Origin: Vicugna vicugna
Taxonomy: Eukaryota
Length of the DNA: 64,000 bases
NCBI GenBank assembly: GCA_013265495.1
Contig: MU058718.1
Span: 2,232,001-2,296,000 of the forward strand
Reading direction: 5' to 3'
Made by a program: the position numbers and the translations under genes. Positions within the stretch are counted from its first letter, which is position 1; every line of letters starts with the position of its first letter. A model generated the notes under the pieces. The model did no database searches, was not told the DNA's origin, and saw nothing but the letters and a program-made list of their open reading frames with translations. Positions 59,776-64,000 of the stretch are shown piece by piece.

Positions 59776-59887
59776 TGCTCAAAAGCCAGCTTGTTTTACA
59801 GGGCTGTGGAAAGCTTTCGAAAGTATTTTTGGCTTATTTGCCAGACTCGTTAAAAAAATAACACTGAATCATCTCAAGTTTCTTGAC

Positions 59888-60155
59888 CAGTGCTGTCCAA
59901 CAGAAAATAATATGAGCCATATATGTAATTTAGAATTTTAAGTAGCCACATTAGAAAAAGTAAAACTGAGCAGGTGTAATTAATTTTAATATATTTCATC
60001 CAGTAACTATACCCAAAGTAGTTCAATTAAGAAAAATTGAGATATTTTACATTCCTTTTTTCATATCAAGTCTTGAGCATCCAGTGCATATTTTACACTT
60101 CAAAATAGCCACATTTCAAGTGCTTAGTAGCCACGTGTGGTGTTAGCCAGCCCAG
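59888..60155 (+). mobile_element. MER33 (hAT-Charlie) in the 3' UTR
   Basis: CAGTGCTGTCCAACAGAAAATAATATGAGCCATATATGTAATT...AGCCACATTTCAAGTGCT. Flanks TTCTTGAC / CTCTAGAC resemble a degenerate Charlie 8-bp TSD. Confidence 0.85.
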
Positions 60156-60329
60156 CTCTAGACCATAACTGGTATAATTAATTTGACCTAGTTCTCACCA
60201 CAGAATATTTTGAACTAAAAGATAAAATGTACCTCTAGTTTAATCACAGTTGACTCCACAGTGGACTTACAGAGCTGGCAGTTGTTTTCTTGTTTGTTTT
60301 TTGTTTTGTTGTAGTCATAATGTTAAAAC

Positions 60330-60542
60330 CACTGTTTCTAAATCAGGGAACAATTTTGCCTCCCAGGGGACATTTAGCAATGTCAGGAGACATTTTTGAT
60401 CGTCATTACTGGGGTGTTAACTGGCATCTGGTAGGTAGAGGCCAGCTAAACACCCTGCAATGCACTGGACCACCCTCCCTGCCCCCAACACACACAACAA
60501 AGAATTATTCTGCCCAAGTGTCAACAGTGCCACGTCACCCTG
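60330..60542 (+). mobile_element. MER20 (hAT-Charlie) in the 3' UTR
   Basis: ATTTTGCCTCCCAGGGGACATTTAGCAATGTCAGGAGACATTTTTG...ACAAAGAATTATTCTGCCCAA, TSD-like TGTTAAAAC / TGTTAAAC. Confidence 0.9.
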
Positions 60543-60689
60543 TGTTAAACTAATCTGTGGCAGAGTGGTAAATTCATTTCTATAATATTTTCAAAAAGTA
60601 ATGAAATAACCCTAAAAAGGACACAGAGTGAGATAGATAAAATATCTATTCTCTTATATATGTTATATATAATCATTCTCATACATACA

Positions 60690-60883
60690 CAGTTGACCCC
60701 TTGAACAACACGAGTTTGAACTGCATGGTCCTACGTACATGCAGGTTTTTTTCACTAAATAATATGTACTGCAAGATCTGCGGTAGGTTGAATCTGGATG
60801 TGGAACCATGGATGTGAAGGGCGCAAAGTTGTTTGTTCAGGGGGTTGGCTCCCCTGAACTCCACATTAGTCAAGGGTCAACTG
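60690..60883 (+). mobile_element. Tigger2-family MITE in the 3' UTR
   Basis: TIRs CAGTTGACCCCTTGA...TCAAGGGTCAACTG. Confidence 0.88.
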
Positions 60884-61153
60884 AATGTTTCATTATAACA
60901 GATCATTTGCTCCTCCCAGTACCCCTTCTTCGATGTTTTTCCTGTAGCATGTCACGTGTATTGCAGTTCATTCTCATTTGTCTTTATTTCTTACATGGGA
61001 AATATGAGTGTGAACTCTAAATACAGTTTGTAGAAATAAAACATGATCAGTCTACCATTAACTACTACAAGCATATATAAAAGGTGAAACCAATTAGTCA
61101 TTGTACCATAGTCAGCAATTTTGACGGTTATTAATGTTCTTTTAATAATTTTA

Positions 61154-61159
61154 AATAAA
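61154..61159 (+). terminator. Candidate main polyadenylation signal AATAAA (alternative at 61035-61040)
   Basis: Canonical hexamer preceded by U-rich sequence, in unique sequence just before TE-derived DNA resumes. Confidence 0.55.
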
Positions 61160-62029
61160 GTATCTGGATTTCAGGCTACCTTTCAAAGCCTCCTTTGGCC
61201 TCTGTCATGCCCTCTATTGGACCACTGACCCTGCAGCAGTTGGATTTCTTTGGTTGCCAAGCAACAAAAATTCAACGTTGGTTAACTGAAGCAAAATGAG
61301 AATATTGGGTAATTCAGAGTTAGTTAGCAGAAACATTAAGCATGCTTTGAAAAGATAGGAACCAAACCTGTTTTGGGATCTATGTAGCAGGAAGTAATAG
61401 CTCAGTAATGAATCAGTTCCATCTATTTTTCTGTCTTTCATGAGTCAGGATGTGCTGGGAATGCTGGTTAGGAAAAGGCTAGGCACTTTAACTGGCAGCT
61501 CTAATCAGACTTTCACAATGCAGAAGAGGTGAACCTCACAAAAGAAATCTAGATTCTGTTTACTAGGAAAAGGGAGACTGAATGTGGAGAGCAAAAAAAC
61601 AACAAAGAAATGGAGAACTTGTGAATCCTTAAGACTCCATTTGCTGCTCTGCTGCATGTCCGTCGTATCCTTTCCAGGTGTTTCTACTACATTCCCCTGT
61701 CCTTTTCTGAGAGCTTCAAAAGCCCTGTCTCTACCCTCAAGTGGTCGTTGTTTTCTTCTATATCCCCTACTCCTCTGTAAGAGTTGGTGACCACTGCTTA
61801 AGTATATTCTCTATAACATCTCATTCCTCAGGAATCAGATTCTTTTACCTTCTCCTGCCTCACCTATGCTGGAAGGTAAACAGCCTTGGTCCATTGCTTG
61901 TGATGAAATACTCTATGGGCTGTTTTTCAAAATTCCTGGAGTTATTACCCAAGCTAATGCTTCCTTTAAAAACTAATTAAACTGTATGCACAGAACATTA
62001 AATTCAAAGATCAGTAAGTTCAAAGATTG

Positions 62030-64000
62030 TAGAAACCTGCAAGAGAATGTTACTTCCATCCTAACAACAACAACAACAATCACTTTTCTAATACATATCA
62101 GAGAAGGCAGCCAAAGGAACCAAATTCCAGAGTGACAAGCCCCTTAAAGAAGAGACAGAATACATGAACTGTTTCACCATTGGCAGAGAATAGGAGTCTC
62201 CCGCGAAAGCAAGTAAGAAGAAACTTGGAAAGGTCTAAGTTTTACCCTATCTGCAAGTTATGTTAGCCTACCACAGTTTCTTAAATCAGAGACAAGGGAC
62301 TTTATTACCCACTCTAATAGTATTAATCAGAGTGTCAGTCTCTGTGCTGGTTCCCTGAACCCCAGTCCTACAGTGCAATGAGAAGGGCCCCATGACACCT
62401 CCACATGCAGTGGGTACCATTACAGGGAAGGAACCCTGAGCTCAGGGAACCTAAATATTTTATAATGGGTATTAAGCATGCCTGCCCTTTGCTCTGGAGG
62501 GAGACATCTTTATAATAGTAGGCAGTAATCTAGTGTGTCTTTCTTCTAGCAGGAGATGCTGTCTCTTTTCCTAGGCTGCAAAAGCAGTCCAGAACCAAGA
62601 TAGTGCCTCTTAGGAGCATAAGTCATGCATGAACACGAGAGGCCCGTGAAGAATCGTCTCCCAACAGAGATCAGCTAAAATTTTAAAGAATTCTTTAAGG
62701 GCCAAGTGTGGTCTAAAGTATTAGCTTAGAATAAGCGGGACCCTTGATATGACAAAAGTTCACATTCACCTGGGCGTTTTCTTTCCACTGGGTGCTGATG
62801 AGAACAACTGGGGCAGGAGCCTGATGAGAAGACGTCCCTAGGTGACGCAGGCAGGCAGCGGGGGATGTAACGATCTTGGTGACAGATGTGAAACACTGCC
62901 CACTTCCTCAGACCTTTCTCCTGTATGAGTGAAAGACAGTGACCACTTGGGGAGACAGAGCAAAGCTTCCTGCCTCTGGGGGAGGGGTAAATGCAAAGTT
63001 CTCTGGCCCCTGGGGAGAGCGAGAAAAACGTCTTGGGCTCAGGATCCCACACCAATCCCAAACAGAGGTCTACTCTCAGTGGGAGATGAGCAGTTGTGGG
63101 GCACAAGACGGTGGAATGACACAGGTGAGCAGGACTTGGAAGCTGAGGGTGGAGCAGGAAAACAGAACCTCTGTCACCCAGGTGTGATTCTAAGTACAAG
63201 GTGACAGCAGCCCATCTATGGAGGAACATGCAGACCATAGTATCCCAAAGGTAAAAATAATAAATATCCAAACCCATTTTTAGTGACTTGATTTACTCAG
63301 TGCCCCACACTAATGGCCAGGTGTAAATATTATCCATCTGCTTCAACTATTCTCTACAAGATGTGTGGCATTCAGTCAAAAATTCTAAGACTGAAAAAAA
63401 AATTAAGAGAAAACAATCCATTGTCAAGAGATGAAACAAATGACAGAATTAAACTCAGAGATGACCCAGATATTAGAATTTGTGGGACAGAGACTTTATG
63501 ATGAATGTGTTAAGGGATTTGCTGTAAAAATAAAAGGCAAGCTTCAACATACCTGCAGGAAATAGGCAACTAAATAATCATCAGTGCTAATTTGAAAAAA
63601 AACCAAAAAGAACTTTTAGAAATAAAAATACAATGACTAAGATTAAAAATTCAGATTAGACACAGCTGAAAAGAGAGGCAACCAGAGAATAGATGATAAA
63701 AAGTTATTCAAAATATGCTACAGAAAGACAAAAAGATGAAACATATAGAAAAGGGACTAAAGTCCAGGGAGATAAGTGAGAAAGATTAACATCTGTGTAT
63801 CAGGAGTTCCAGAAAGAAAGGAAAGAGAATGGGGACAGAGGTGCCAAATAAGGAGACAATTACTGAGGATTTTCCAGAATGGTGAAACATACCCATTCAC
63901 AAATTCAGGAAGCTTAGAAATTTCTAAACAGATTAAATAAAAAGCAATCCACACTAGACACAACAAAACTACAGAACATGAAAGGCAAAGAAAATCATAA
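62030..64000 (+). mobile_element. Old L1 5' UTR/ORF1 region downstream of TXNDC16, interrupted by LTR40, running off the window end
   Basis: A-rich ORF1-like text: cagagatgacccagatattagaatt...cagctgaaaagagagg...aacatctgtgtatcaggagttccagaa...ttttccagaatggtgaa...aatccacactagaca. Confidence 0.7.
62215..62666 (-). mobile_element. LTR40-family (ERVL) solo LTR
   Basis: Reverse strand begins TGTTGGGAGACGATTCTTCACGGGCCTCTCGTGTT, with internal CCTCCAGAGCAAAGGGCAGG and TTGCAGATAGGGTAAAA. Confidence 0.8.

Larger units (their letters stand above)
59776..61185 (+). other. TXNDC16: Probable TXNDC16 3' UTR (end approximate)
   Basis: Follows the stop codon. AATAAA at 61035-61040 and 61154-61159. The cleavage site cannot be determined from sequence alone. 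Confidence 0.6.

Noticed and set aside
59773..59778. TGA-TGC as a selenocysteine-Cys pair in a thioredoxin-family gene
   Set aside because: The TGA falls right after a KDEL-like motif where a true stop is expected. The recalled human residue is Gly, not Cys or Sec, and I recognise no SECIS in the UTR. A SECISearch run would settle it.
62726..63277. Longest ORF in the track (183 aa, minus strand)
   Set aside because: It lies antisense within old L1 5' sequence and has no recognisable domain or splice context.
1..64000. CRISPR array, operon, prophage or other novel multi-gene system
   Set aside because: The window is explained as one spliced mammalian gene plus interspersed repeats. I saw no regularly spaced direct repeats and no second supported protein-coding gene.

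Overview
Mammalian, AT-rich and repeat-dense genomic DNA, most likely camelid: it carries tRNA-derived Vic-1-type SINEs and I saw no Alu, Bov-A/tA, PRE-1 or CanSINE. The window holds the 3' part of TXNDC16 (ERp90, an ER-luminal PDI/thioredoxin-fold protein) on the + strand. I placed 15 coding exons with GT-AG boundaries and consistent phases from 13243 to the TGA at 59773-59775 (2071 nt, about 690 codons), followed by a 3' UTR of about 1.4 kb. The 5' exons lie upstream of the window, so bases 1-13242 are intronic. The rest is mostly transposable elements: L1, HAL1, L2, MIR, ERV1/ERVL/MaLR solo LTRs, Tigger and Charlie DNA elements. Almost all ORFs in the supplied track are spurious or decayed TE remnants. 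I found no previously undescribed multi-gene system. The best observations are: (i) the protein ends in an exposed KDEL-like -NKEL, with the human masking tail still recognisable just after the stop; (ii) an AATAAA inside the last codons; (iii) a four-level TE nest with clean target-site duplications (TSDs); (iv) a CpG-rich inverted repeat inside an ancient MaLR LTR. Repeat family names and human comparisons come from recalled sequences, not from database searches.
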